A DNA stretch of 64,000 nucleotides from Candidatus Babelota bacterium (GCA_023379005.1 JAMCTG010000002.1:14333-78332), one strand, 5' to 3'; counted from the first letter of the stretch, positions 17,055-26,260 are shown. Made by a program: numbers and translations. Notes: a model not told the origin generated them from the sequence alone.

Positions 17055-17975
17055 TTAAGCATTTTTTAAAGTTTGGTCTAACTTATAGTTTAGCGATAAT
17101 AAATATTTAATATGTTTGTACAATTTTTTGATAGGTTCAAACTTTTTTGAAAGCTCATTAATAGAAGATTCAGGAGAATAATCTTCTCCGTTTAAAACGC
17201 AATTTAAAAATAAATAATTGTTGTTAAATGGAACTGAATAAATTTTTTCTGGCAACAAGTATAAAGATAATATTATTGTATAAATAATTATCCTTATGTA
17301 ATTGATTTGACATTGGTTCATATCTGCACCCATTTCTGTTACAGAAAACAGACAAAACTCAAATATTAGATATAAGCACAAAATTAGAATACCATCATTT
17401 TTTAATTTAAATGTTCGTTGTAATGCATCTTCTGTATTTTCTAGCTCATTAATAATCAGGCAAAGAATTAAAAGATCTGAACTTATTTCTTTTTTTAAAA
17501 GTGCCAATTTATTAATATTTTTCTTATTTTTTAAATAATTATAGGTAATTTTTTGTTTTACTTTTTTTTGATAAAAAAAATCATTTAATTGGCTAAATTC
17601 TCTCGTTCTAATTTTATTGTAAATTAATGATAATTGTTTAATTTTGGTTTTTAATTTTTCTGTTATTATCTTTCGAGCATTAGAGGTCTGCTGTGAAGTT
17701 TTGAAAGCCGTGCATTGCCTTAAAGAATGAATGAGTTCTTCAATAGTTTCTGTTTTTTTTAATGTGCTAGACAATATAAAATTTACAATCCTGTCAGCTT
17801 GATTATTTGTAAGTCCCAAATTAGGTGCTATAAAATAAATTAATGCTTTATCATTTGGATTTAAATGATCAGCCACTAAATTCCAAAGAGGTAGAGGCAT
17901 AAGGCCAAGTACAGTTTTTTCAGGGCTGCTTAAAGTCATCAAAAATAAAATTAGAATAAAAATTATTTTTTTCAT
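17055..17975 (-). CDS. F-box-like protein with a bilobed hydrophobic segment (paralog B)
   Basis: 306 aa; same layout as 16116-17006: LMPLPLWNLVADHLNPNDKALIYFIAP, later ILILCLYLIFEFCLFSV ... YIRIIIYTIILSLYLLP. Confidence 0.5.
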   Translation of the reverse strand: MKKIIFILILFLMTLSSPEKTVLGLMPLPLWNLVADHLNPNDKALIYFIAPNLGLTNNQADRIVNFILSSTLKKTETIEELIHSLRQCTAFKTSQQTSNARKIITEKLKTKIKQLSLIYNKIRTREFSQLNDFFYQKKVKQKITYNYLKNKKNINKLALLKKEISSDLLILCLIINELENTEDALQRTFKLKNDGILILCLYLIFEFCLFSVTEMGADMNQCQINYIRIIIYTIILSLYLLPEKIYSVPFNNNYLFLNCVLNGEDYSPESSINELSKKFEPIKKLYKHIKYLLSLNYKLDQTLKNA

Positions 17976-18112
17976 TTTTTGTGATATTTAAAAGTAAATA
18001 TTAACAATTATATAAAAATATTTTTATATTAACTATTTACTTTCAAATATCAATTAAGTACCATTTTAATGTGAAAGTATTTTTCATTTATTTAAAAAAA
18101 AGGGAGAAACTT

Positions 18113-18343
18113 ATGTGTTCACATCCTTTACACGGTTTGTTTATTACAGCAGGGTTAATTTCTGCATTAGCAGCAATTAACATAGGTGCTGTTGCTTTTG
18201 GTTGGGATTTTTTCACAGCACCAATGGTGGTTGAATATCTTCATAGATATTTAAATGTTGTTCGTTACATCGTTGGTATTGCAGGTATCATCAAACTTAT
18301 TGGCGTTGCGAAATGGATCGCGTATCCTTGCCACTGTAAATAA
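18113..18343 (+). CDS. small two-TM membrane protein
   Basis: Start moved to the ATG at 18113, preceded by a GGGAGA SD; 76 aa with two hydrophobic helices (GLFITAGLISALAAINIGAVAF, VVRYIVGIAGIIKLIGV); followed by a hairpin. Confidence 0.5.
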   Translation: MCSHPLHGLFITAGLISALAAINIGAVAFGWDFFTAPMVVEYLHRYLNVVRYIVGIAGIIKLIGVAKWIAYPCHCK

Positions 18344-18350
18344 TTTTTTG

Positions 18351-18381
18351 CGGCTCCATTGTTTTTTTTAAAATGGGGCCG
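18351..18381 (+). terminator. hairpin terminator candidate
   Basis: cggctccatt / aatggggccg: 10-bp stem with one G-U pair and an 11-nt loop, followed by uaauuauuuuc. Confidence 0.45.
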
Positions 18382-18413
18382 TAATTATTTTCTTGTTCTG
18401 AAGATTTCTTTTT

Positions 18414-19223
18414 TTACTTAATTTTAATATTTAATTTCTGAAGATCTGTTACTAACTTATCGTAATTTTCAAATAATACTGCTTTAAATCCTAATTTCAA
18501 TCCTAAACTTGTTGCCTTTTTAAAGCATTCTTCTTCTCTTTCAACAAACAAACTGTTTTTAGGATCAATCTGATATTTGTCAATTAGATGATTAAATGCA
18601 TTGTCACTTGGCTTGATATGTCCTGAATTTCCTGAACAAATAATGTGAGTAAAATTATTCATTACTTGAGGATATTGTTTTACTAACATGTCTATTGTTG
18701 CCTGATTTTTATTTGTAAGAATGTGAAGCTTAATTCCCTGTTTTCTTAAATTATTTAAAAGTGCAAGCAATTTTGCATTTGGATTTAATAACGAAACTTC
18801 TTCTTTGGGATCAAAAGAAATTGTAGCAGCATTGCGCAGAATACCGCTTTCAAATAAATTAAACCAACTGGCATTCTTGTCGATAATTGAAATTATTCTT
18901 TTTTTTGCCTCTTCTCCTGAAATTCTATTTAAAAGATATTTACACCAAATATTAGGTAATTTACGTTTGCGAAAAATTGCCTTGTTCTCAATTTCAGGAT
19001 ATCTGTGTCTTTTTTCTGCTTCTTCTATCAAATCTACTAATTTATGGTGATATTTATCTACCAATGGATCGCTTAAAAAACCCATTCCTAAACTTTCCAA
19101 AACCGGAGCCGCATTAAGTTCAAAGACTATCTCATCAAGTTCAAAAATAATATCTTGAACAGCAGAACCGCTAAAGAAAATTGATAAAATTAAAAAATTG
19201 AAAATTAAGTAAAATTTATTCAT
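18414..19223 (-). CDS. exported HAD-fold-like protein with substituted catalytic motifs
   Basis: 269 aa; leader; IIFELDEIVFEL in place of HAD motif I (hhhDxDxT), LHILTNKN (motif II), GHIKPSDNAF (motif III Lys), LFVEREEE in place of the motif IV acidic pair. Confidence 0.35.
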   Translation of the reverse strand: MNKFYLIFNFLILSIFFSGSAVQDIIFELDEIVFELNAAPVLESLGMGFLSDPLVDKYHHKLVDLIEEAEKRHRYPEIENKAIFRKRKLPNIWCKYLLNRISGEEAKKRIISIIDKNASWFNLFESGILRNAATISFDPKEEVSLLNPNAKLLALLNNLRKQGIKLHILTNKNQATIDMLVKQYPQVMNNFTHIICSGNSGHIKPSDNAFNHLIDKYQIDPKNSLFVEREEECFKKATSLGLKLGFKAVLFENYDKLVTDLQKLNIKIK

Positions 19224-19352
19224 AATTATTCTTCGAAAAAAGTTGAATATAGTTACATTATAACATAAAAGAAGTGAAGCCAGAAATGGTAATAGCCAAA
19301 CGTTATAAAATCTAATATATTATAATGATTATGAAGAATTTCTTGGGGGTTT

Positions 19353-19844
19353 ATGAAAATATTTTATTCACTGTTTTTGAGCTTATTTTATCTGTCGGCA
19401 ATTCAGGCAATGCAGTTTGTAAATTCCAATAAGATTGTAATCAAGGAAATTGAAAATAATAGCTCATCTTTAATTGAACTAAAATCTGAAAAAATGTCAT
19501 CTCAGTTTAAAGCATTAAAAAAATCAAAACTAAAGAGATCAGTTATTCTGCCATTTGTGCCGCTTATAAAAAATCTTGTAGCTTACACGCGTGATAAATA
19601 TTATTGTCCAAAGGGTGCCATGGTCATAAAAACCAATTTTGGAAAATATGGTATTTGGCAAAATGAAACAGGTATAATTTGTGTTTTAAAAAATAAAAAA
19701 AGTGATGAAAATGAGTTGCCGAAAAATTTATTCAAAGCATCAAATTATATGGCTACAAAAAGCGAAAATAACTCGTCAAAATATATAAATATTTGCCTCA
19801 TGGTTGATCCGCAAGATGGGTTTGTTGTAAAACAAATAAAATAA
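19353..19844 (+). CDS. exported hypothetical protein
   Basis: 163 aa ORF; GGGGG SD-like run upstream; leader MKIFYSLFLSLFYLSAIQA/M; I recognise no family. Confidence 0.45.
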   Translation: MKIFYSLFLSLFYLSAIQAMQFVNSNKIVIKEIENNSSSLIELKSEKMSSQFKALKKSKLKRSVILPFVPLIKNLVAYTRDKYYCPKGAMVIKTNFGKYGIWQNETGIICVLKNKKSDENELPKNLFKASNYMATKSENNSSKYINICLMVDPQDGFVVKQIK

Positions 19845-19858
19845 TTTTATACAAATTC

Positions 19859-19888
19859 TTGATTTTCTCTTTCGAAATTTTTTAAGAT
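19859..19888 (+). promoter_or_regulatory. candidate promoter of the small basic protein gene
   Basis: TTGATT (19859-19864), 18-nt spacer, TAAGAT (19883-19888); it would give a leader of about 70 nt. Confidence 0.25.
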
Positions 19889-19966
19889 AAAACTGGTAGT
19901 TGTATTAAAACCATAACCCAGGGTTGAAAAACTTGTCAGCCTGAAAGGTTAAAAGAAGGAGAGACC

Positions 19967-20104
19967 ATGGTTGCAAAGAGAAAAAAAGTAGCTAAAAGAA
20001 AAGTAGCAAAAAAAGGTGCAAAACGTAAAACTGCAAAAAGAGCAAAGGGTAAAAAAACTACTCCTATGGCTCGTAGAGCAGGCAAAAAAGCAGCAAAAAA
20101 ATAA
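19967..20104 (+). CDS. 45-aa lysine/arginine-rich basic protein (histone H1/Hc1-like composition); not in the ORF track
   Basis: ATG at 19967 with AAGGAG 5 nt upstream; MVAKRKKVAKRKVAKKGAKRKTAKRAKGKKTTPMARRAGKKAAKK, TAA at 20102-20104; followed by a 12-bp stem hairpin and T-run. Confidence 0.6.
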   Translation: MVAKRKKVAKRKVAKKGAKRKTAKRAKGKKTTPMARRAGKKAAKK

Positions 20105-20136
20105 GTTTTGCCGGAGTCTGGCAAAGACAAAATCAA

Positions 20137-20180
20137 AATAACCCCTTATACTAGATTATATAAAGTATTAAGGGGTTATT
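20137..20180 (+). terminator. intrinsic terminator after the small basic protein gene
   Basis: aataacccctta / taaggggttatt: 12-bp stem, 20-nt loop, followed by atttttggg. Confidence 0.55.
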
Positions 20181-20196
20181 ATTTTTGGGATTTTGT

Positions 20197-22818
20197 ATGT
20201 ATCGTCCAATCTTTAAGAGTTTAAAAAACGGTCTAAACGTAATAGTCGTAGAAAAAAAAGATATTCCAAAGGTAAGTGTTCAGCTTTGGTATAATGTCGG
20301 TTCAAAAGATGAAAAAAGCAGCGAAAAAGGTATTGCTCACTTAATTGAGCATATGATTTTTAAAGGCACAAAAAAGCTTTCTGAATCTGATATTAATCTC
20401 ATTACGCACAAACTTTCTGGCAGTACCAATGCTTTTACATCTTACGATTATACGGGCTATCTTTTTGAGCTTCCTAGCCAACACTGGCAAGAAGTTATGC
20501 CTATTATGGCCGACTGCATGAAAAATTGCACATTCAAGGAACAACATCTAAATTCTGAATTAAAGGCCGTAATTCAAGAATTAAAGATGTACAAGGACGA
20601 CTATTCAACGTCTTTGATCGAAATATTAATGTCCCAAATTTTTCCGGATCATCCATACCATCACCCAATTATTGGCTACAAACAAGATCTTTGGAATTTA
20701 AATCGAGAAAATTTAGTTAATTTTTACCAAAAACATTATAACCCAAGTAATGCCACTTTAATTGTTGTTGGCGATGTTGATGCTGAGGAAGTTTTTAAAT
20801 CAGCGCAGGAAAATTTTGGTCCAATTGAGCCAAATTTGGATTATAAAAAAGATGAATACTATGCTGGTAAGGAAATTTGCTCAAAATCTGTCACTTTATA
20901 CAAAGATATTCAACAGCCTTTTGTTCTGCTTTGTTGGGTAATCGATGGTTTATCTGCCGGAAATGATTATCTTTGGGATATTTTAAATTGGGCTTTAGTA
21001 CGTGGTAAAGGTTCAAGATTGCACCGCGAATTGATTGATGAAAAACAATTGATTACAGAAGTTGATGGCCTCATGTATGATCTTTTTGAGCATGGTCTGT
21101 ACATGCTTCATTTCCAACCAAAAGATGTTAACAAGATTGATGAAATTATAGAAATTATCAACAAAAATATCCAAGATATTGCACAAAATGGATTAAAGGA
21201 AGAAGAAATTCAAAGAGCTATAAAAAAATCCAAAGTTGTATATTTAGATGATCTTGAAGATACACAAAAGCAAGCTTATGCATTGGGCAAATATTACTTG
21301 GCCTTAAATAACATTAACTATTTTTACGACTACCCAAATTTATTGGAAAAAAAAGAAAATGGTGACCAAATTCAGGAATTAGTAGCAAAATATTTGCGAT
21401 CTACTTTAATGCATAAGGGAACAGTTTTACAATTACCAGAATCTGAAAAACAATATGCATTAGAACTTCAAGAATTGTCTGACCAAGAAGATGAAAAAAT
21501 TTTAAAAGGTAAGACAAGACAGGCGGAAATTGAAGAAGGGGTTCATGTTAATTTAATTGAGGCAAAAGAACCTAAAACTTTTGATTATCCAGAATATAAC
21601 ACAATTGTTTTAGACAATGGCTTAAAAGTAATTTATTACCCCAAAAATAACTTGCCAAAAATAGACTTAATTTTGGATTTAAAAGCAAAATATTTTTATG
21701 ACCCTGAAGATATTCAAGGGCTAGGAAATTTTGTCAGCCAAATGTTATTAGAGGGGACAATTAATTATAATTGCCAGGAACTTGCAAAAGAAATCGAATC
21801 ACACGGAATGACAATTATAACCGCTCCCGGTCAAGTTGTTATGAGCATGTTAAGTTCAGATCTTGAAAAAGGCATGCAAATTTTGACCGACATTCTAAAA
21901 AATTCAGTCTTGTCAGTCGAATCCCTAGAAAAATTAAAACACAGGGTTATAAGCGAAATTAAAACGTTCTGGGATAATCCTGGACAATTCGCAGGACAAT
22001 TAATTAAAGGTAAAATTTATCAAGGACATCCTTATAGCAAAAATATCCTTGGTTTAATTGATACAATTTCAAAAATTAAAAGAGATGATTTAATTAGTTA
22101 TTTCAAAAAATTCGTCACACCTGAAAGCGCAACTTTAAGTATTGTTGGTAATTTTACAGATTCACAGTTAAAAAATGTTTTACAAAAAACTCTAAATACT
22201 TGGATGGGTAGTAAAATTTCTGACATAGTATTTCCGGCTCTAAAAGATATTCAATACGAAGAAATTAATCATCATATTGTAAGGGACCAAACAGTTCTTG
22301 CTTATGCAGGGTTGTCTGTCAAAAGATTGGACCCTGATTATGACAAGTTATTATTGTTTGACCAAATTTTTGGCGGTGGTCTACTTGGTTCAATGAGTTC
22401 AAGACTTTTTGACCTTCGTGAACGTTCTGGGCTTTTTTATACAATTTCTGGTTCATTAATTAATAGACCAGACAAACAACCTGGATTGGTTTATATAAAA
22501 ACTATAGTTTCCAATGATAGGTTAAAAGAAGCAGAAAAATCTATTGAAAACTTAATTGGTACTGTAATTGAAACAATAGAACCGGCAGAACTGGAAGAAG
22601 CAAAAAGAGTTGTTATAAATTCACTTTCAGACAATTTTAGTTCTTATCGAGCAATAGCAAACAGTATCTTGTTCTTAGAAAATTATGGATTAAATATTGA
22701 TTACTTAAAAAATCGAGCATCTGATTTAGCAAAAATAGATTTAGAAGACGTTCAAACAACTGCAGCAAAATTTTTAAATACTGAAAAATTAAAGAAATTT
22801 AGAATTGGAAGAATATAA
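20197..22818 (+). CDS. M16 (pitrilysin) family zinc peptidase, duplicated two-unit form
   Basis: Inverted zinc motif HLIEHMIFKGT (HxxEH) in the first unit and a second M16-like unit after about residue 470; start set at the ATG at 20197 (MYRPIF) rather than the TTG at 20185. Confidence 0.8.
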   Translation: MYRPIFKSLKNGLNVIVVEKKDIPKVSVQLWYNVGSKDEKSSEKGIAHLIEHMIFKGTKKLSESDINLITHKLSGSTNAFTSYDYTGYLFELPSQHWQEVMPIMADCMKNCTFKEQHLNSELKAVIQELKMYKDDYSTSLIEILMSQIFPDHPYHHPIIGYKQDLWNLNRENLVNFYQKHYNPSNATLIVVGDVDAEEVFKSAQENFGPIEPNLDYKKDEYYAGKEICSKSVTLYKDIQQPFVLLCWVIDGLSAGNDYLWDILNWALVRGKGSRLHRELIDEKQLITEVDGLMYDLFEHGLYMLHFQPKDVNKIDEIIEIINKNIQDIAQNGLKEEEIQRAIKKSKVVYLDDLEDTQKQAYALGKYYLALNNINYFYDYPNLLEKKENGDQIQELVAKYLRSTLMHKGTVLQLPESEKQYALELQELSDQEDEKILKGKTRQAEIEEGVHVNLIEAKEPKTFDYPEYNTIVLDNGLKVIYYPKNNLPKIDLILDLKAKYFYDPEDIQGLGNFVSQMLLEGTINYNCQELAKEIESHGMTIITAPGQVVMSMLSSDLEKGMQILTDILKNSVLSVESLEKLKHRVISEIKTFWDNPGQFAGQLIKGKIYQGHPYSKNILGLIDTISKIKRDDLISYFKKFVTPESATLSIVGNFTDSQLKNVLQKTLNTWMGSKISDIVFPALKDIQYEEINHHIVRDQTVLAYAGLSVKRLDPDYDKLLLFDQIFGGGLLGSMSSRLFDLRERSGLFYTISGSLINRPDKQPGLVYIKTIVSNDRLKEAEKSIENLIGTVIETIEPAELEEAKRVVINSLSDNFSSYRAIANSILFLENYGLNIDYLKNRASDLAKIDLEDVQTTAAKFLNTEKLKKFRIGRI

Positions 22819-22852
22819 AAAAAGAGGAGCCGGGCTTTAAATTTAGTTAAAC

Positions 22853-23770
22853 TTATCTTTCTCTTTGGGTGGTTAATTTTTCATATGCTTTATTTACAAT
22901 AATTTCAGCATCTTTTTTTAGTTCTTCTGCTGTTTTATTTCCAAATTTCATACCTTTTATAATCTGGAAGTTTTTATTAATCGATGTTAACGCGCGAGTT
23001 TTTCCAATATCAAAAAATCTTGGTTCATAAATATTCGGTTGGAGGCTTAAAATATCGCGAGGAGTTGATTGTTCTGTAAGCCTACTGTTAATAAGTTTGA
23101 AAGGTATAATTTTTACGATTGCGTTATCTATAACTTCTTTTATTTTACTGTATAGTTGTTCTGTTTCAAAACCTTTTTTTAAATATTCAATTTTCTTTAA
23201 AGCAGTTTCGTATCGTTGATTAATTTCGTTAATTGAAATATCGGGATATGCTGAACCTAATAAACTATAGCTTGGTGAACTTGCTGTTACATTAAATCCA
23301 TATAGTACGCTTAAAATTTTATACGGATCTCCTTTAACATATGGGCTTGCAGTTGCTAAACGAATTTTTTCTAACATAAGTTCATTTTCTGTAAAATTAT
23401 TTCGCCCTTTAACTAAACTTATTCCTTTCGAATAATCAAGATCATTAACTATTAGATTTATTACTTTATTACGTTTGTCCGTCTCTCTTTTTATGCTTAT
23501 ATCGAATGCATTAGTATCACTTTCAGAAGCTTTGATATAAATTTCTGGATTAGTAGAAAGATCTCTAAATGATTGTACGACTTCCTTTGGTTTTATCGGA
23601 GTGAATATTGTTGAAGGTGTAACTCGTTTTTCAGGTGAAATATTAGTTACAATATAGTAATAAATTGGTCTATTCATATTATTTTTAATAATAATATTTG
23701 GCTGTATTTGGGAATTTAAAGCGATAAACTGTATGACAAAAAAGAGATTTATTAATTTATTTATTTTCAT
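22853..23770 (-). CDS. exported protein with two J-domain-like (HPD-less) modules, paralog 1
   Basis: 305 aa; leader ...FIALNS/Q; PSYSLLGSAYPDISINEINQRYETALKKIEYLKKGFETEQLYSKIKEVIDNAIVKI aligns with J-domain helices I-III, with EYL in place of HPD; second module TPRDILSLQ...AEIIVNKAYEKL. Confidence 0.45.
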   Translation of the reverse strand: MKINKLINLFFVIQFIALNSQIQPNIIIKNNMNRPIYYYIVTNISPEKRVTPSTIFTPIKPKEVVQSFRDLSTNPEIYIKASESDTNAFDISIKRETDKRNKVINLIVNDLDYSKGISLVKGRNNFTENELMLEKIRLATASPYVKGDPYKILSVLYGFNVTASSPSYSLLGSAYPDISINEINQRYETALKKIEYLKKGFETEQLYSKIKEVIDNAIVKIIPFKLINSRLTEQSTPRDILSLQPNIYEPRFFDIGKTRALTSINKNFQIIKGMKFGNKTAEELKKDAEIIVNKAYEKLTTQRER

Positions 23771-23797
23771 TTTTTTCCTTTTTTTCTACATTGTGCT

Positions 23798-24538
23798 CTA
23801 TCTTGATCTTTGATTAGTTAATTTTTTGTAGGCATTATCAATTATTTTTATGACTTGATTATAAAATTCAGGATCTTGTTTTCCCAAATAGCGGACTTTA
23901 TTTGTAAGAGAAATCCATTTTTGTTCTACATCTTCTTCTTTCAATTTTGTAGGATCAGCTTCTAATTTAAATCCCAACACATAATGAGCAGGGGAATTTG
24001 CCGTTACAAATTGCTCTCTTGGTAATCTTGCCAAATCTTGTGGTGATGTTATTCCTCTTAAAATTGCTGTGATAATTCTATATGGATCTTTTTGTAACTG
24101 ACCTAATCTTATTTTTTCAATATTAAAGTCTCTTTTTTGAAAATTATTTTTTTCATCACCAAATTCATAAGTTAAATTTATGTCTGGGCGTAACGGAGCA
24201 TCTTTAATTTTTATCAAAATAGTTTTATTTCTAAGGTCTTGTAATGGGAAAAAATAAATTTTATCTGCCATATCATTTTTTAATGAATCAGTGATTAAAA
24301 ATATTGGAAAAGTATTTTTTTCTTTTATAAATGAACCACCTTTAGCAGATTTTTTTGAAGAAAGAGGTATGAAATTATTTTTTGTTGGTTCAGTTTGTTT
24401 GTTTCCTATTGCATAATAAACCGGATCTTTACTTTCATTTTTTATCTCATATTTTACCATTACTGGTACAATTTTTTGGGCATTTAGAATTGCAAACTGT
24501 GCAATTAAAAATGCAACAATTAATTTATTTATTTTCAT
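23798..24538 (-). CDS. exported J-domain-like (HPD-less) protein, paralog 2
   Basis: 246 aa; N-terminal half paralogous to 22853-23770; PAHYVLGFKLEADPTKLKEEDVEQKWISLTNKVRYLGKQDPEFYNQVIKIIDNAYKKL. Confidence 0.45.
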   Translation of the reverse strand: MKINKLIVAFLIAQFAILNAQKIVPVMVKYEIKNESKDPVYYAIGNKQTEPTKNNFIPLSSKKSAKGGSFIKEKNTFPIFLITDSLKNDMADKIYFFPLQDLRNKTILIKIKDAPLRPDINLTYEFGDEKNNFQKRDFNIEKIRLGQLQKDPYRIITAILRGITSPQDLARLPREQFVTANSPAHYVLGFKLEADPTKLKEEDVEQKWISLTNKVRYLGKQDPEFYNQVIKIIDNAYKKLTNQRSR

Positions 24539-24547
24539 TTTTTTCCT

Positions 24548-25108
24548 TTATTTTCCTTTAATTGCTTCGCTATAAGCTTTTTGTAATACTAAGCCTGCAA
24601 TTTTGGATTCCATTAAACTATTTGGTATCTGATTTGGTTCTTTAAAATATTCTATATTAGCCTTCATTTGGTCTGCTCTTTTATTAAATGCATCATTTAT
24701 ATCACATTTATTTGCTTTGGGGCTTATACCAAGAATTTGAAAAGCAGTTGATTTTTCAGTCAGATTTTTATCAATTAATTTATAATGTTTTAATAGACTA
24801 TATGCATTTGAAACTATTGTTTTTAATTCATTATAGAGATTTCGAGTATCGGGTTGTTTTCTTAAATACTCGAATGTTTTTAAAATTTTTAAATATGCTT
24901 GTTTAATTTCAGGCAAAGTTAGATTTGTTGGTATGTTTAAAAGTTCATAAGTTGCGCTACTTTTTGTCAAAACAATAGGTTTTTTGGCAAATCCATTAGT
25001 TTTGTTTGCATAAACGCTTAATAATCTATAAGCACCGCCATTTTGTTGAATCTGGCAATAAACAAGATTAAAAATGAATATATTGGTTAATAATAATATT
25101 TTTTTCAT
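24548..25108 (-). CDS. exported protein with two J-domain-like (HPD-less) modules, paralog 3
   Basis: Start set at MKKILLL (25108), GGGGAGAG SD upstream; SATYELLNIPTNLTLPEIKQAYLKILKTFEYLRKQPDTRNLYNELKTIVSNAYSLL and TAFQILGISPKANKCDINDAFNKRADQMKANIEYFKEPNQ...LQKAYSEAI. Confidence 0.5.
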   Translation of the reverse strand: MKKILLLTNIFIFNLVYCQIQQNGGAYRLLSVYANKTNGFAKKPIVLTKSSATYELLNIPTNLTLPEIKQAYLKILKTFEYLRKQPDTRNLYNELKTIVSNAYSLLKHYKLIDKNLTEKSTAFQILGISPKANKCDINDAFNKRADQMKANIEYFKEPNQIPNSLMESKIAGLVLQKAYSEAIKGK

Positions 25109-25257
25109 TTTAGGCTCTCCCCTACCTAAAAAAAATATACTAAAAGAAAATAACAAAAAGCAATGATATTTTATTATTTTTTAAAAAATGCTTTTAAATA
25201 AAGATAATTTTGTAAGTTTGGCACGTCCAATATTTTCAATAATCTAAATAAAATTTG

Positions 25258-25286
25258 TTGACCATGAGAAATTATGATCTGATAAT
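25258..25286 (+). promoter_or_regulatory. candidate sigma70-like promoter
   Basis: TTGACC (25258-25263), 17-nt spacer, GATAAT (25281-25286), about 90 nt upstream of the ANK gene at 25379. Confidence 0.35.
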
Positions 25287-25378
25287 ATTAAAAATTTATT
25301 CAAATCACCTTCATTTACAAAATAATTAACATTGATAGAATATTCAGCTGATTTTCAATATTTTTATTAAGGAGCATC

Positions 25379-26239
25379 ATGTTCAAAAAATTAGTTGTTT
25401 CAATTTTACTTTCAAACCTTATTTTTAATTCTTATTCAATGGAAAGAAATGATATCGTCGAGTTACCACGTGATTACGATATTTGCCCTGTCCCAGATAA
25501 TAATCTCCCTGTTGCATTTGTAGGTTTTAATACTCCAGCTGAAACACAAATTGTCATTAAAAATAAAAGTTTGGAAGATCTCAGAACAATACTAAAAAAT
25601 ATAAAACAAAGAGGTTCATTTTATGACTTTGAACTTGTTCAATTGGCAAAATTTAATCCGGATGATCTTGGCAGAGAAATGTTCTTTTTTTTTAATAGTA
25701 AATGCGTAATAACTGCGTTAATTCAGTCTGGTGCAAATGTTAATTTAAGAGATGAAAATCAAAATACTCCTTTACACCTTTCCTTATCAGTAGCATCCGA
25801 CCGTTTTGGGGAAAATTATGATGTTGTATCAAAATATCTAATTTTTTATAAAGCAGATGTTAATGCCGAAAACGGTATTCGTACTACCCCTTTGCATATT
25901 GCTACATCAAGAAATGATCGGGATATTACGAAATTATTGTTGGCTGCAAAAGCAAACGTAAATGTTAGAAACAATGTTGACGCTACTCCTCTTCAAATTT
26001 CAATTAAGAATCAAAATGCCGCAATAGTTGAGATTCTTATTAAGGCTGGAGCAGATATTAATGCAAAAGACAAATTTGGTAGAACTCCTCTAGATTATGC
26101 AGAAGTGTTTGCAGGTGATTCAATTATAAAAATATTAAAGGAAAAAGGAGCTAAGCACGGAGAAGGTTTAATAACTAGAGATCTAGAAAACGAAGAAAAC
26201 CTAAAACTTGATGAATCTTATTTAAAAAAATATGGATGA
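25379..26239 (+). CDS. exported ankyrin-repeat protein
   Basis: 286 aa; AAGGAG SD; leader ...IFNSYS/M; ANK repeats (NQNTPLHLSL..., RTTPLHIATSRNDRDITKLLLAAKANVNVRN, DATPLQISIKNQNAAIVEILIKAGADINAKD, GRTPLDYA). Confidence 0.85.
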   Translation: MFKKLVVSILLSNLIFNSYSMERNDIVELPRDYDICPVPDNNLPVAFVGFNTPAETQIVIKNKSLEDLRTILKNIKQRGSFYDFELVQLAKFNPDDLGREMFFFFNSKCVITALIQSGANVNLRDENQNTPLHLSLSVASDRFGENYDVVSKYLIFYKADVNAENGIRTTPLHIATSRNDRDITKLLLAAKANVNVRNNVDATPLQISIKNQNAAIVEILIKAGADINAKDKFGRTPLDYAEVFAGDSIIKILKEKGAKHGEGLITRDLENEENLKLDESYLKKYG

Positions 26240-26260
26240 ACTTTAATTAAAAAAACAAGG

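Noticed and set aside
19936-20136. 66-aa minus-strand ORF listed in the track
   Set aside because: It is the antisense reading of a lysine-codon-rich plus-strand gene (19967-20104). The plus-strand gene has an AAGGAG SD and a downstream terminator; the minus ORF has neither, and its Phe/Leu/Ala-rich product is what antisense of AAA/AAG/GCA codons yields.
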